NCBI GenBank assembly: GCA_951406725.2
Contig: OX597814.1
Span: 992,001 to 1,056,000 of the forward strand
Direction of reading: 5' to 3'
Source: Octopus vulgaris
Lineage: Eukaryota
Length of the DNA: 64,000 nt
Positions 35,897-49,549 of this stretch are shown piece by piece. A program made the translations under genes and the position numbers. The notes under the pieces were generated by a model. That model ran no database searches. It was not told the origin of the DNA and saw only the letters and a program-made list of their open reading frames with translations. Each line of letters starts with the position of its first letter. Positions within the stretch are counted from its first letter, which is position 1.

Positions 35897-36395
35897 GACC
35901 TGTTGAGTCAAGTGAAATCGTTACCATGGCTGATGACTGGCATCTGTGCTAGTGGAGTGCTAAGAGCACCATCCAAGTGTGATCATTGCCAGAGCAGCTG
36001 ACTGGCTTCTGTGCTGGTGGCATGTAAAAAGCACCATTCGAGTGTGATCGTTACCAGCGTCACCTTACTGGCACTTGTGCCAGTTGCACGGGAAAAAACA
36101 TTTGAGTGAGGTTGTTGCCAGTGCCGCTAGACTGGCTCCTGTGCAGGTGGCACGTAAAAAACACCATTTGAATGTGGTCATTGCCAGTACCTCCTGACTG
36201 GCCCTCGTGCTGGTGGCACGTAAAAGCACCCACTACACTCTCGGAGTGGTTGGCGTTAGGAAGGGCATCCAGCTGTAGAGACTCTGCCAGATCAGATTGG
36301 AGCCTGGTGCAGCCATCTGGTTCGCCAGTCCTCAGTCAAATCGTCCAACCCATGCCAGCATGGAAAGCGGACATTAAACGATGATGATGATGATG
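35895..36395 (+). mobile_element. RTE 3' UTR copy with internal tandem repeats
   Basis: Same repeat units and 3' end as 2514-2927. Confidence 0.8.
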
Positions 36396-36671
36396 AATTG
36401 AAACAAAGTCAGTGTATTTCAGTAGAAATATGGAAACATCATCATCATTGTTTAACATCCGCCTTCCATGCTGGCATGGGTTGGACAATTTGACCGAAAA
36501 CTGGTAAGCTGGTGGGGCTGCACTGGTTTTCTGTGGCTGGATGCCCTTCCTAATGCCAGCCACTCCAAGGGTGTAGTGGGTGTTTTTTTTTCATGCCATT
36601 GGCCTGACATCGGCATCGGTCACTGCTATGGTCTCACTTGGCTTGACAGGTCAACACAAGCACAGTATATC

Positions 36672-36902
36672 TGTTTCTTTACTACCCACAAGTGGCTAAA
36701 CATAGAGGGGACAAACAAGGACAGACAAACGGATTAAGTTGATTTCATCGACCCCAGTGCGTAACTGGTACTTATTTAATCAACCCCGAAAAGATGAAAG
36801 GCAAAGTCGACCTCGGCGGAATTTGAACTCAGAACGTTACGGCAGACGAAATACAGCTACGCATTTTGCCCGTCATGCTAACAATTCTGTCAGCTCGCCG
36901 CC
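36672..36902 (-). mobile_element. SINE family B
   Basis: Homologous to 8966-9197. Confidence 0.85.
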
Positions 36903-37932
36903 ATATCACCAAGGGCCTTGGTCACCTGTTGCAGCCTCCATGAAGCCTAATCCTTGAACAAAAGGCTTAAATCATTCACAGAGGGGTTTGGGAACTGAGG
37001 TTATTGTTGCTGTTCATGGCACTACCACATTGTTTGAGAAACTAAAAATAATGTTGGCACAATTTCACCAAAATTTCTAACCCAAATCATGGCAAAAATG
37101 CTTGTCTTGTGATTCTCTGACAAAAATGCTTCTGCAAGACATAGGTACTAAAAATGGTTTGATGGAATCTGTAGCATTCCTGTAGAACACACAACAAGCT
37201 GATGCTTTGTTCTGAGAATTCTAAAGTAATTCTCTACCATTATTATTTTTTTCCAATTCTGCTAGTGTTTATAGAATCGGGATTGTTGGCTGATTCAATA
37301 ATTCTGATAGACAATAGAGAGAAAGAGAGAGAAAAGAAAGAGATATAGGTCAACTGAATAAAGGTTTGTCTAATAAAGAACTACAATTATTAACTTAGTA
37401 TTACAATGGCTGTGTGTGTGTGTGGGTGACTAAAATTATCTCTGCATATATGTATCTATGCATTTGTGTATCTATGCATTTGTGTGTGTGTGTGTGCATA
37501 AAACTGAAATTATAGCTTTGCAGTAAATGTATATATATCAATGTGTGTGCATAACTAGAATCGTTAATATAGTTTTTTTTTTACTAGTAAATATGTGGGT
37601 GTGTGTGTGTGTGTCTATCTGTCAGTTTAACTAAAATTACTAACTTGGTTTCATAGTGAATATAAGATATGTGTGTGCGTGTGTGTTTGCATAACTTACA
37701 GTATGAATATATGTCTATTTTTATATCTGTGTGTATGTGTCTATAACTACGCTCGTCTTTTTTATACCAGTATGTAATTGCATCTGTGTGTGTGTGTGTA
37801 ACTAGTTATTAAATTAGTTTTGTAGCGAATGTGTGTGTCTGAGTTTGTGTTTATGCTGACTATTTGTGTGTGTGTGTGTGTCTGGCTCTGTGTGTGTATG
37901 CCTGACTGTATATGTGTGTACCTGTCTATATA

Positions 37933-38165
37933 TATTTCTTTACTGCCCACAAGGGGCTAAACACAGAGGGGACAGACAAGGACAGACAAAGGGATTAAGT
38001 CGATTACATCGACCCCAGTGCGTAACTGGTACTTAATTTATCGACCCCGAAAGGATGAAAGGCAAAGTCGACCTCGGCGGAATTTGAACTCAGAACGTAA
38101 CTGCAGAAGAAATACCGCTAAGCATTTCGCCCGGCGTGCTAACGTTTCTGCCAGCTCGCCGCCTT
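37933..38165 (-). mobile_element. SINE family B, young copy
   Basis: Near-consensus with CpGs retained and TSD TACCTGTCTATATAT. Confidence 0.9.
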
Positions 38166-38402
38166 ATACCTGTCTATATATGTGTGTTGCTGTCTTTCTG
38201 TCTGCTGAAGTGTCTGTATCCATGCGTTTCTATGCCTCTACGCGTCTGTGCTTGTCTTGTACGTGTGTGTGTTTATACAACACACTCAGCTCTTATAATA
38301 TGGCAACTGCATCCACTGTTGGATATGGTTTTATAGCTACAAACGCATGCACATACCCATGCACTTATACACATACACTCACAGTAAACATATGCTAGCA
38401 CA

Positions 38403-38770
38403 GTGGATGCGCAATGGCCCAGTGGTTAGGGCAGCAGACTCGTGGTTGTGGGATCGCGGTTTCGATTCCCAGACGGTTTATTGAGCGAAAACACCTAAAA
38501 GCTCCACGAGGCTCCGGCTGGGGATGGTGGTGATCCCTGCTGTACTCTTTCACCACAACTTTCTCTCACTCTTACTTCCTGTTTCTGTTGTACCTGTATT
38601 TCAAGGGGCCGGCCTTGTCACTCTCTGTGTCACGCTGAATATCCCCGAGAACTACGTTAAGGGTACACGTGTCTGTGGAGTGCTCAGCCACTTACACGTT
38701 AATTTCACGAGCAGGCTGTTCTGTTGATCAGATCAACCGGAACCCTCATCGTCGTAACCGACGGAGTGCT
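38403..38770 (+). mobile_element. SINE family C
   Basis: Homologous to 25294-25674. Confidence 0.85.
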
Positions 38771-38924
38771 TCTAAAAAAAAGGGTTAATATCCAATATTC
38801 ATGCTGGTGCCATGTAGGAAGCACCTGTTCTGGCTCGACACCATAATTAGCCGTGCCAGCACCACATGAAAGGGAACCTGTACCAGTGCCATGAAAAAAT
38901 CACTTGGCATCACATCCAAAGTTC

Positions 38925-39099
38925 CTGGCTTTAAAGGTATCGTGAAAGGCCTGGCTGAAGGCCCGACCTTCCAAGTTCTTTTACAGGACTTGGAGAAACT
39001 GAAGGACCACTGCAATAAGTGTGTGAATCTGAGAGGGGAATATGTTGAATATGTATTTTCTTTTACCCAAAGCCAGGACCTTTTCAGCACCCCCTTGTA
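38925..39099 (+). mobile_element. mariner transposon 3' remnant
   Basis: LEKLKDHCNKCVNLRGEYVE resembles the mariner transposase C-terminus and is followed by TIR-like CTTTTCAGCACCCCCTTG-TA. Confidence 0.7.
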
Positions 39100-39329
39100 A
39101 AAGGCTCCCAAAGCTGTGTGTGTAGTGTTTTAGCCCCATGCTAGATTCTGACTGATTTGAGGGTCATGTAATACTATTCTCACAATTCTCATCTACCTTT
39201 GAGCTGTGAGTGATGGGAGCAACGAGAGGCTGAGTTGGATGCTGGAATTACAGGTCTTGCCACAGTAATGCATCTGCTTCAGCATCCGAGTCTCACAAAA
39301 AAATAAAAAACAAAACAAAAAACCAGTCA

Positions 39330-39800
39330 AACTCGTTATCTTCAGTTTGGATTTCATACCTGTTCTTACCTGTGGTCATGAATGTTGGGTAATGACCAAA
39401 AGAATGTGATTGTGAATATAAACGACTGAAGGATCTTTAGGGTAATGTTACTTGACAGAGTGCACAGCTCAGAGATCAGGGTGTCTCTCTCTTGGTCAGA
39501 GAGACACCCTGAGAGACCTCTCTGCATTGAGAGGTCACAGCTTCAGTATTATGGACAAGCGATTAGAACGTCACAGAGAAGAGTCACAAGATATATTCTT
39601 CAAGTTGTACTAACTGGCAGGAGACCTAAGGGGAGACTAAGAATGGTTTGGTTGGATAATATCCTTAATTTCAGTTGGCCATGTTTGAGTTTTGCTTCTG
39701 ATAGGACTTTACAGAGGAAGTGCCTGGTCCTCAGGCTCTACCCTGGGAGTCCTCTCAGGAATAGTGGACCAAGAAAATGGACGGAAGGATGGATGAATTA
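39330..39800 (+). mobile_element. Degraded RTE (Expander/Rex3-like) LINE 3' fragment
   Basis: IPVLTCGHECWVMT..DRVHSSEIR..IERSQLQYYG..TGRRPKGRLRMVWLDNI and a GGAT tail. Confidence 0.8.
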
Positions 39801-40887
39801 AAGGAGTTTTGATCAGGAAACTTCCAGTCTTTTTTTTTTTTTTTTTTTCAGCCATTATATACCTGACTGCTGCGTTATCCAAAGTCTTTTTGAAGACATC
39901 CAAACTATAGATAAGTAAAAGGAAATTTTGGCTGCTATTTCTGGCAAGTTAACCACCCACATAGAGAAGTCCCTTGTTGGTTTGTTGGTCAGGATGGTTT
40001 TTGTTTATACTGCTGGGTAGTCCTTCCTCTCCCCCCATTCCAACTGACCTATGATATAAATGTCTTGATTGTCCAGTATAGGTGAGTGGTCACTCATTGT
40101 GTGTGGTGGTCCACACAAGACAGTGCCTTGTGGTATTTAATTTGATCCCTTTACAGTTTTGAATCCCTCATCAAGATCAAGTTTTGCTTTTATACCGAGG
40201 CTTTTGATAAAGTCCCAGTCATATACTGGGGTTGGTTATATCAAATAGCCACCACCACCACCACCATCACCACCACCACCAACCTTTTTCTAAAATGTAT
40301 AGATTTTGTTTAACTTAGAAATCAATATTTTGGTAACATTTTTTTCCCATTTGCCTCTGGTCGTCATCTGCATTAATAGTGTGTGTTACTGTGTGTGTGT
40401 GTGTGTGTAAATGTGCATGTGTGTGTCTCTGTATGTATGCGTGTGTTTACTGGGGATGCGAACAGGAAAATGAGAACTCTAAGCAGGAGGTTATATCTTT
40501 TATACTTTTATTTGTTTATTGATATTTAGCAGAAGCAACAGAGTGACTCGAGGGCTGAGAGTTTCGTGCAGTAGCACTCACCAAATCAAACTAGTTACTC
40601 ATCATGAAGTTATAAATTTATTTATTGGTGATAATTGTATTTCCTTGGATAGTTCTGGAACAAATTATAAAATTGGTTACAATGTCATATGGATAATTCA
40701 TATTTTTCATATATATGTATATAATACTTCCCAATCACATGGTTCCAGGTTCAGTCCCACTGCGTGGCACTTTGGGCAAGAGTCTTCTTTTATAGCCTTG
40801 GGCTGACCAAAGCCTTGTGGGTGGATTTGGTAGATGGAAACTGAAAAAAGCCATTCTTATATACATATATATATGTATGTATATATA

Positions 40888-41310
40888 GGCACAGGAGTGG
40901 CTGTGTGGTAAGTAGCTTGTTTACCAACCACATGCTTACTGGTTCAGTCCCACTGCGTGGCACCTTGGGCAAGTGTCTTCTACTAAAGCCTTGGGTCGAC
41001 CAAAGCCTTGTGAGTGGATTTGGTAGACGGAAACTGAAAGAAGTCCATCGTATATATGTATATATATATATATTTATATATGTGTGTGTGTGTGTATATG
41101 TTTGTGTGTCTGTGTTTGTCCCCCTAGCATTGCTTGACAACTGATGCTGGTGTGTTTATGTCCCCGTTACTTAGCGGTTCGGCAAAAGAGACCGATAGAA
41201 TAAGTACTGGGCTTACAAAAGAATAAGTCCCGGGGTCGAGTTGCTCGATTAAAGGCGGTGCTCCGGCATGGCCGCAGTCAAATGACTGAAACAAGTAAAA
41301 GAGTAAAAGA
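40888..41310 (+). mobile_element. SINE family A, nested among partial copies
   Basis: Homologous to 1194-1606; partial head at ~40727-40860 and tail at ~41330-41477 flank it. Confidence 0.85.
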
Positions 41311-42084
41311 TATATGTTTGTGCATCAGCGTTTATGTCCCTGTAACTTAGTAGTTCGACAGAAGAAACCAATAGAATAAGTACTAGGCTTACAAATATTA
41401 AGTCCTAGGGTCGATTTGTTTGACTAAAGGCAGTGCCCCAGCATGGCCACGGTCAAATGAGTAAAAGACTAAAAGAATATATACACCACCATGTTAGATG
41501 ATTATATGATTCTGCGTATGCACATGTATAAAAGTGTATAACAGTTTGTGTGTGTGTGTATATGATTCTGCATGAATGTGTATGTATGTGTGTAAGGGTG
41601 TGCACGTGTAAATGCTCTCATGTGCATGCCTGGTATGCATTTGGTATTAATGATTTTTAATTAGTGCCGTTCAATGATTTGATATTCTGTCCCTTATCGG
41701 GTTTATCTCATGACAGATGAGATTTCATGTGTGATATTTCCATTCATTACACAAAGATGCGTGCACGTGTGCGTGTGCGTGTGTGTGTGTGTGTTGGGGG
41801 TGGTGGGGGTGGTAGGGACGTATATAACCATTTCCCATTTAAAAAGCTAAATATTAAAGAAACCTAATCACCAGCATTAAATATTTTTAATCTTCTGCTC
41901 GTTAGATCCCTCGGCTAGGGATTAACATGATGTGATGTGTGTGTGTGTGTGTGTGTGTGTATGGAGTTACTGAATCAATACTCAGGTTTATCCTTTCCGT
42001 GATGTATTTAAATTAAAATCTTGATGGAAATCTCATAAAATGTATGTGGTGAGATTTCAAAAGTGTCGTTAAAATATATTGATT

Positions 42085-42165
42085 TTATATATATATATAT
42101 ATATATATGCATACATATATATACACATGCATACATATATATACACATGCATATATATATATATG

Positions 42166-42203
<38 letters not shown>

Positions 42204-42454
42204 TACATATATATATATACATACATATATATGCATACATATATATACATATATATATGCATATATATACACATACATATATATATATATATATGCATAT
42301 ATATGCATACATATATATATATATATATGCATATATATGCATACATATATATATATATATACATATATATATGCATATATATATATATATATATACATAC
42401 ATATATATGCATACATATATACATACATATATATACATATATATGCATGCATAC

Positions 42455-42489
<35 letters not shown>

Positions 42490-42500
42490 GCATCTGTAAT

Positions 42501-42549
<49 letters not shown>

Positions 42550-42600
42550 TATATATATATATATATACACATATATATGCACATATATATACTTATGTAT
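42085..42600. repeat. (TA)n/TGCATA compound microsatellite
   Basis: Direct inspection. Confidence 0.95.
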
Positions 42601-43899
42601 ATGTGCTGACAAATATTTTAGTGAACATCTCCAGTATCTTGATTGTAATGGAAAGTAATTGAAACCCTCCCAGGCCAGAGATATCTCCAACATCACATAA
42701 AACTGCACCAGCCCTACATAACCACCACACAACACTGCACAGTACTGCTGCAACGCCACTCCGACTCTGCACAATGCTACCTCAATACAGCGCAACTACA
42801 ATGTACCATAGAACGCTGCTACGACACCTAGAACGCTGCTACGACACCTCCAGAACACTACTACGACACTACACAAGTACAACGCCACCCGAATCACTGC
42901 TACACTATCTTACCGGTTCCTTGGAAAACTAGTCATCATCATCATCTAACGTCCACTTTCCATGCTAGCATGGGTTGGACGGTTTGACCAGGGTCTGGGA
43001 AGCCATGGAGGCTGCACCAGTCTCCAGTCTGATTTGGCAGTGTTTCCATAGCTGGATGCCCCTCCTAATGCCAACAACTCCGTGAGTGTAGTGGGTGTTT
43101 TTTTACATGCCACCGGCGCAGGTGCCAGAGCAGGCTGGCAAATGGTCACGATCGGTTGGTGCTTTTACGTGTCACCGACACGGATGCCAGTCAGGCGGTG
43201 CTGGCATCTGCCACGTTCGGATGGTGCTTTTTACGTGTCACCAGCATGGGTGTCTTAACTACAATTTCCATTTAAATTTTTATTGTGAAGGTTTAATACG
43301 AAAACCTTAAACTTAATGCCATCATCTGATCTTGGGGTGACTTTAGCAGGGTCCATTCTCTTGCAATAATCCTGGTTAGGTATTTAGTCTTAAGGTAACT
43401 TCTTCCCTTCTTATTATTCTTGCAATTTCTGGAAAAGGGTTCCACCTTCAATTAACTTTTAATATTTATTGTCATCATCATTATTATTTAATGTCAGTTT
43501 TTTCATGCTGCTAAACCAGAGGGTTGCACCAGGCTCCAATAGGCTGGTTTGGCAAGGTTTCTACAGCTGGATGCTCTTCCTAATGCCAACCACTTTATAG
43601 AATGCATTAGGTGATTTTTACATGGTACCATCACAGGTACTTTTTATGTGCCACTATGTATATATGTATATATATATGTATATATATATATAAATTTCTA
43701 GCCACTTTGAAAATTATTTTAAAATCATTTTTAAAGTGGTGAGATGATTTAGCATCTTCTTTCAGCATATAGGCTAGAAATATTTTCTATGCCTTTAATT
43801 ATAATAATATATATATGGTTTCACCTTAATCGGTCTATTTTTTTATATGCCGGTTGCTGACAAAATTTAAAAACAAATCTTATCCTTTATTATTATTAC

Positions 43900-43953
<54 letters not shown>

Positions 43954-44099
43954 TACATATATATAGGAAGGGCATCCAGCTGTAGAAACATTGCCAGATT
44001 AGACTGGAGCCTGGTGCAGCCTTCTGGCTTCCCAGAACCCCGGTCGAACCGTCCAACCCATGCTAGCATGGAGAACGGACGTTAAACGACGATGATGAT

Positions 44100-44487
44100 A
44101 TATCACAGATAAGAAAATGGAGGGGAACAATAGGTGGTTTATCAACTTTTGGACATTAAAATGTTAACTTATTTATTTATTAAACTGATAATTATAATAA
44201 TATACATACATATCGTATAATTTTCTTTACATATAAGATATAAAATATAGTAATATATAAGGATACCAGTAATTATTATAAAAAAACATTAATATAAATT
44301 GGTATTTATAATAATTACTGGTATCCTTATATATTACTATATTTTATATCTTATATGTAAAGAAAATTATACGATATATATGTATATTATTATAATTATC
44401 AGTTTAATAAATAAATACGTTAAACTTTTAATATCCAAAAGTTGATGAACCACCTATTGTTCTCCTCCATTTTCTTATTTCCGATAT
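44100..44487. repeat. ~390 bp fold-back inverted repeat (arms ~183 bp, ~22 nt loop)
   Basis: ATAAGAAAATGGAGG..GGATACCAGTAATTATTATAAA pairs with TTTATAATAATTACTGGTATCC..CCTCCATTTTCTTAT. Confidence 0.92.
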
Positions 44488-44694
44488 AAATTAATGGTAA
44501 AACATCTCTTTACCTTCACCCATTTAGTACACTTGATAATGTAATTGCAATGCAATAAAAAACACTTGTGTATTAATAATAGGATATTCTACCAGCAGTA
44601 TATTTGATAGATATTATCTCTTAGTGGGTTGGGTTCACAACCCCTAACTTTCTTGTAGTTATATATATATATATATATAAAGCGCAGACATGGT

Positions 44695-45315
44695 TGTCAT
44701 CATTGTCGTTGTTTAATGCCTGCTTTCCATGCTGGCATTGGTTGGACGGTTTGATTGGAGGCTGGCAAGCCAGGAGGCTGCACCAAGCTCCGAATTTGAT
44801 TTGGCAGTGTTTCCACAGCTGGATGACCTTCCTAATGCCAACCACTCCGAGAGTGTAGTGGGTGCTTTTTACGTGTCACTGGTACAAGGGCCAGTCAGGC
44901 GGTACTGGCATCAACCATGTTTGAATGGTGCTTTTTACATGTCACTGGCACAGGAGCCAGTCAGGTGGCACTAGCAATGACTACTCTCGAATGGTGATTT
45001 TTACATGCCGTTGGCACAGGTGCCAATCAGGTGGTACTGTTATCGGCCACGACAATGATTTCACTTGCCTCAACAGGTCTTCACAAGCATAGTTTATTGC
45101 CCAATGATTGAAGGGTTATCTTAAATGGGCTGGTTATGTTGCACTGGCATAGGCCACGGTTACGGTCTCACTTGGCTTGTTGGGTCTTCTCAAGCACAAC
45201 ATATTTCCAAAGGTCTCGGTCACTAGTCATTGCCTCAGTGAGGCCCAATGTTTGAAGGTCATGCTTCACCACCTCATCCCAGGTCTTCCTGGGTCGACCT
45301 CTTCCACAGGTTCCC
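44695..45315 (-). mobile_element. RTE 3' fragment including the ORF C-terminus
   Basis: Matches 32040-32775 (RGRPRKTWDEVVKH region plus UTR). Confidence 0.85.
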
Positions 45316-46324
45316 TGTGGTTAAGAAGGTGCCTCCCGACTCCATGGCTTCAGGCTCAGTCCTACTTCATGGCACTTTGGGCAAATATCTTCTCCTATAA
45401 ACCTGGGTCTACCAAAACTTTGTGAGCAGATTTGATAGATGGAAACTGAAAGAAGCATATATCATCATCATCACATTTGTCTTCAATGTGTAATTGTTGT
45501 AAATGATTGTCCTTCATTTCTGATATTCTGATTAAAAAATGTCTGTATTTAGGGGAAATATTACTTAGCTTAGAAACAAGTAAGGGTTAGTGACAGAAAG
45601 TGCATCCCGCCGTAGAAAATTTGCCTTAATAAACTCCATCCAACCTATACAAGCATGGAAAAGTAGATGTCGAAGTGATGATGATATACATAAGAAGAAA
45701 ATAGTTTCCAAGAGTTGTTGAAATAAAGGGTTAAATTGTTTTATTTACCAAAACATTCAGCCCTACCCCCACTTTTTTTTTTACCTACAGTGCTGTAGGT
45801 ATAATTAAAAATATAGATTAAAACTAATTATGTATTTCTTGTGTTATCTGATTGTTTGGATTATCATTAATTCTGCAAAAAAATGTTCTATGAATATTCC
45901 AGAGAATTAACCCTCAAGGTCTTAACGAGTGTCTCATTAATGTGATGTGTCCCAATTAATTGTGAAGCATGTAATCTTTTCATAAATACCAGAAATGTTT
46001 TGTCAAACGTTTGAATTAATCAATGCTCATTAAGTGGCCTAAATCGATCAAGAAATGGAGGAGGGTGGATATTTGGAAAATAATAATTTTCAAATCCTAA
46101 GAATTGACTTGGTTTGTGTATTCTGTAAATAATTGCGACTGATTTCATTTCTCGTATAAGTACAAGTGTGGCTGTGTGGTTAAGAAACTTACTTCCCAAC
46201 CACATGGTCATGGGTTCAGCACCACTATGGGGCACCTCAGACAAATGTCTTCTTCTATAACCCTGAACTGACCAGTCTTGTGAGTGGCTTTGGTAGATGG
46301 AAACTGAAAGACATCCATCATATA

Positions 46325-46378
<54 letters not shown>

Positions 46379-46774
46379 AAAGTGTCTGTGTGGTAAGTAG
46401 CTTGCTTACCAACCACATGGTTCTGGGTTCATTCCCACTGCATGGCACCTTGGGCAAGTGTCTTCTACTATAGTCTCAGGCTGACCAAAGCCTTGTGAGT
46501 GGATTTGGTGGACGGAAACTGAAAGAAGCCCTTCACATGTATATATATGTGTGTATTTGTATTTGTCTCCCCCCCCCCCAACATCACTTGATATTTGATG
46601 CTGGTGTGTTTATGTCTCCATGACTTTGTGGTTCGACAAACAGTGACCGATAGAATATGTACTAGGTTTACAAAGAATAAGTCCTGGGTCGATTTGCTCA
46701 ACTAAAAGGTGGTGCTCAAGCATGGCCACAATCAAATGACTGAAACAAGTAAAAGAATAAAAGAATATATATAT

Positions 46775-46965
46775 ATATTCTGTTGTGTCTGGGGAAGAGT
46801 CATTCTCTTTTAGCTCCTTATTATTTAACACACTCACTGGTAAAGTTTCCACTCATTTATTTATTTATGGGAAAACAAATAAGTAATCAGTGGAAACTTT
46901 GCCAGTGAGTGTGTTAAATTATAAGGGCTAAAAGAGAATGACTCTCCCCAGACACAACAAAATAT
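46775..46965. repeat. ~190 bp fold-back inverted repeat
   Basis: TGTTGTGTCTGGGGAAGAGTCATTCTCTTTTAGC.. pairs with ..GCTAAAAGAGAATGACTCTCCCCAGACACAACA. Confidence 0.9.
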
Positions 46966-47019
46966 GCTTCAACACACAAACTCACATAAAGAATCTTGCA
47001 AACCAAATCTCCAAACCAA

Positions 47020-47069
<50 letters not shown>

Positions 47070-48399
47070 ATCATCATCATCACCATTGTTTAACTTCTGT
47101 CTTCCATGCTGGCATGGGTTGGATGGTTTGACTGCACCAGGCTCCAATCTGATTTGGCAAGGTTTCTACAGCTGGATATCTTTCCTAATGCCAACCACTC
47201 TGAGAGTGTAATGGGTGCTTTTTACACCGATTGTCTGACCAGATACAAAAGGATTCCACCACCACCACTACCATCACCATTATCATCATCACCATCATGA
47301 TTTAATGTCCATTTTTCATGCTGGCATGGATTGGATGGTTTGACAGGGATTGGCAAGGCCAGGGACTGTACCAGGTTCCATTGTCTGTTTTGGACTGGTT
47401 TCTTCAGGTGGATGCCCTTCCTAATGCCAACCACTTTACAGAATGAACTGGAAGCTTTTACCTGGCACCATCACCAGTGCTTTTTACATGGTACCAACAT
47501 CCACACAAGAACTTTTCATGTGGCCCTTTGGTTTTGGGATCTCAGTTTTGTTATGGTGGGTGGGTTCTGAGTACAGCAATGTGCCACATATTTCACTCCT
47601 CCCTCATCTCCTTTGTAAGGCTCAGCATTTTGAGACTGGTAAACTTTTGCTGTAATACTTGCCTCTTTAGAGGGATATAAACTGTGATTGGCAAACTTTC
47701 AGGATGGCAAAGGAATTGGGTGGTGGTTTGCTTCTGTGAAAGAATTTTTTTGTTAAGAAGTTTAGTGTTTTAGAGTTTTGCTCCCCAGTTTTCTGCCGTT
47801 TTTGGATAAAGTTTTACTTTTACACCCATCTTGTAAGATGAGTCATCCTTCTCATCACCATCATCATTGTTTAATGTCTTCATTTCCTTGCCTGAATGTG
47901 TCAGATGGAATATGTTTCCAAGCAAGGTAATACATTTCCCCATAGTTAGACAAGTCTTTCATGGCAGACTGGAAACAATCAGCTTCACTTATATAAATGT
48001 TGATGCTTGTTTACAAACACCACATGATGCCACATGATGCCATGACAAAGGTGCAAGGACACACACACACACACACTTTCTGTTTCCATCTACCAAATAC
48101 AGTCACAAAACATTGGTTGGCCCAGAGCTGTAGAAGAAGACTCTTGCCTAACACACTTCACAGTGGGACTGAACTCCAGATGATACGTTTGGGGGTGGAA
48201 TAAGGAGTGGTTGGAGATCACGCAGTCGTTAGCCTCAAATCGCCAGGCCTGGTTGGCGTTTGTGAGGGATGCAGCATTGAGGATGAATGAAGCCAGCTCA
48301 ACCCACCCCGGGTGAATGTTGTCTCAAGACAAGACAGCAGAAGTTTGGGAAGCCATCCTCTTAACCATACGTTCTTACCTTCACCTATAATAGTATAAT

Positions 48400-48860
48400 G
48401 GTCTAATAGTGAAAATTTAGCAGCCTGACCAAGTAACCAGTCTGAGAGTTGGTAACAAATGGTAATAAATTGATGCCGATAACAGTTTTTCAATCAATGC
48501 TAGTTCTGACCGTTATTTCCATCAATGGCAATAAAACGTGTAAAAATACGTTCTTTGCAAATATCTATTGACTTAATTTAGACAGAAGACAACTTCAGCA
48601 GCAGCAGCAGTAGTAGCAGCAGCAGCAGCAGCGTTAAAATTAACTAATCAATAACAAACTTCAATGCTGTTCACACGGTAAGTCCGACAAAAGTGACAAG
48701 TTGATTAAGTACGTTTTACAACACAAGTATTCACTTCCTTCGAGTGAAAGTGCGTTGGTTAGTTTTCAAAATGCAACGAGAGAAGAACTGAGCGGCAGCA
48801 GCGATGACATCACTAGCTGTAGATTTCTCAGACTATTGACTGCTCTTGAGAAATTCCTAA
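48400..48860. promoter_or_regulatory. Candidate cis-regulatory island
   Basis: Transposon-free and CpG-retaining, with clustered GTAATAAA, GCAATAAAA, ATCAAT x3, TGACA and TGATTAAG; no open frame. Confidence 0.25.
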
Positions 48861-49549
48861 CTTACAAAAAGTAAAAAAAAAAAAAAACCAAGTAAAAATA
48901 AAAAAAAAACTTATGATTCTAATTGAAGCCATGTCAAAAATCTGGTGGTTGTGTCATCAGAAGAATCGATAGAATATTTTCAATCCATTGACTGTGATCT
49001 CTGCTATCTGAAGAATTTCTTTTACTTTATTGCTATACACGTATTAAGAAATGCCATAATGGTTCTGAACTATGAAGAATTGATGGAGCAAGTCTTTTAG
49101 AGTTAACTATATTTACTTAACATCAATCCATTCCACTAGAAAATGATCAGGGGTGTTGTTGTTGATGTTGTTGTTTAGCTGCAGGTCAAAGGCGGCAAGC
49201 TGGCAGAATTGTTAGTGTCTTGTGAAAGAAAATGTTCAGCGGCATTTCTTTCTTCTTTACATTCTGAGTTCAAATTCCACCAAGGTCTCATATTTGTCTT
49301 TCATCCTTTCAGCAAGTACCAGTTGGGCATTGGAGTTTATGCAATCAACTAGCCCCTCCCTGCTCCCAAATTCCAGGTCCTCTGCTTATAATTGAAGGGA
49401 TTAATGTGATGAGCTGGTAAAATTATTAACATGCTTGACAGAATGTGTAGCAGCATTTCAAGTCAACTTTCAGGACCAATAAAAGAAGTACCAGTGATGT
49501 ACTGGAGTCAATGTAATCAATCACACCATCCCCTAAAATTTCAGGCTTT

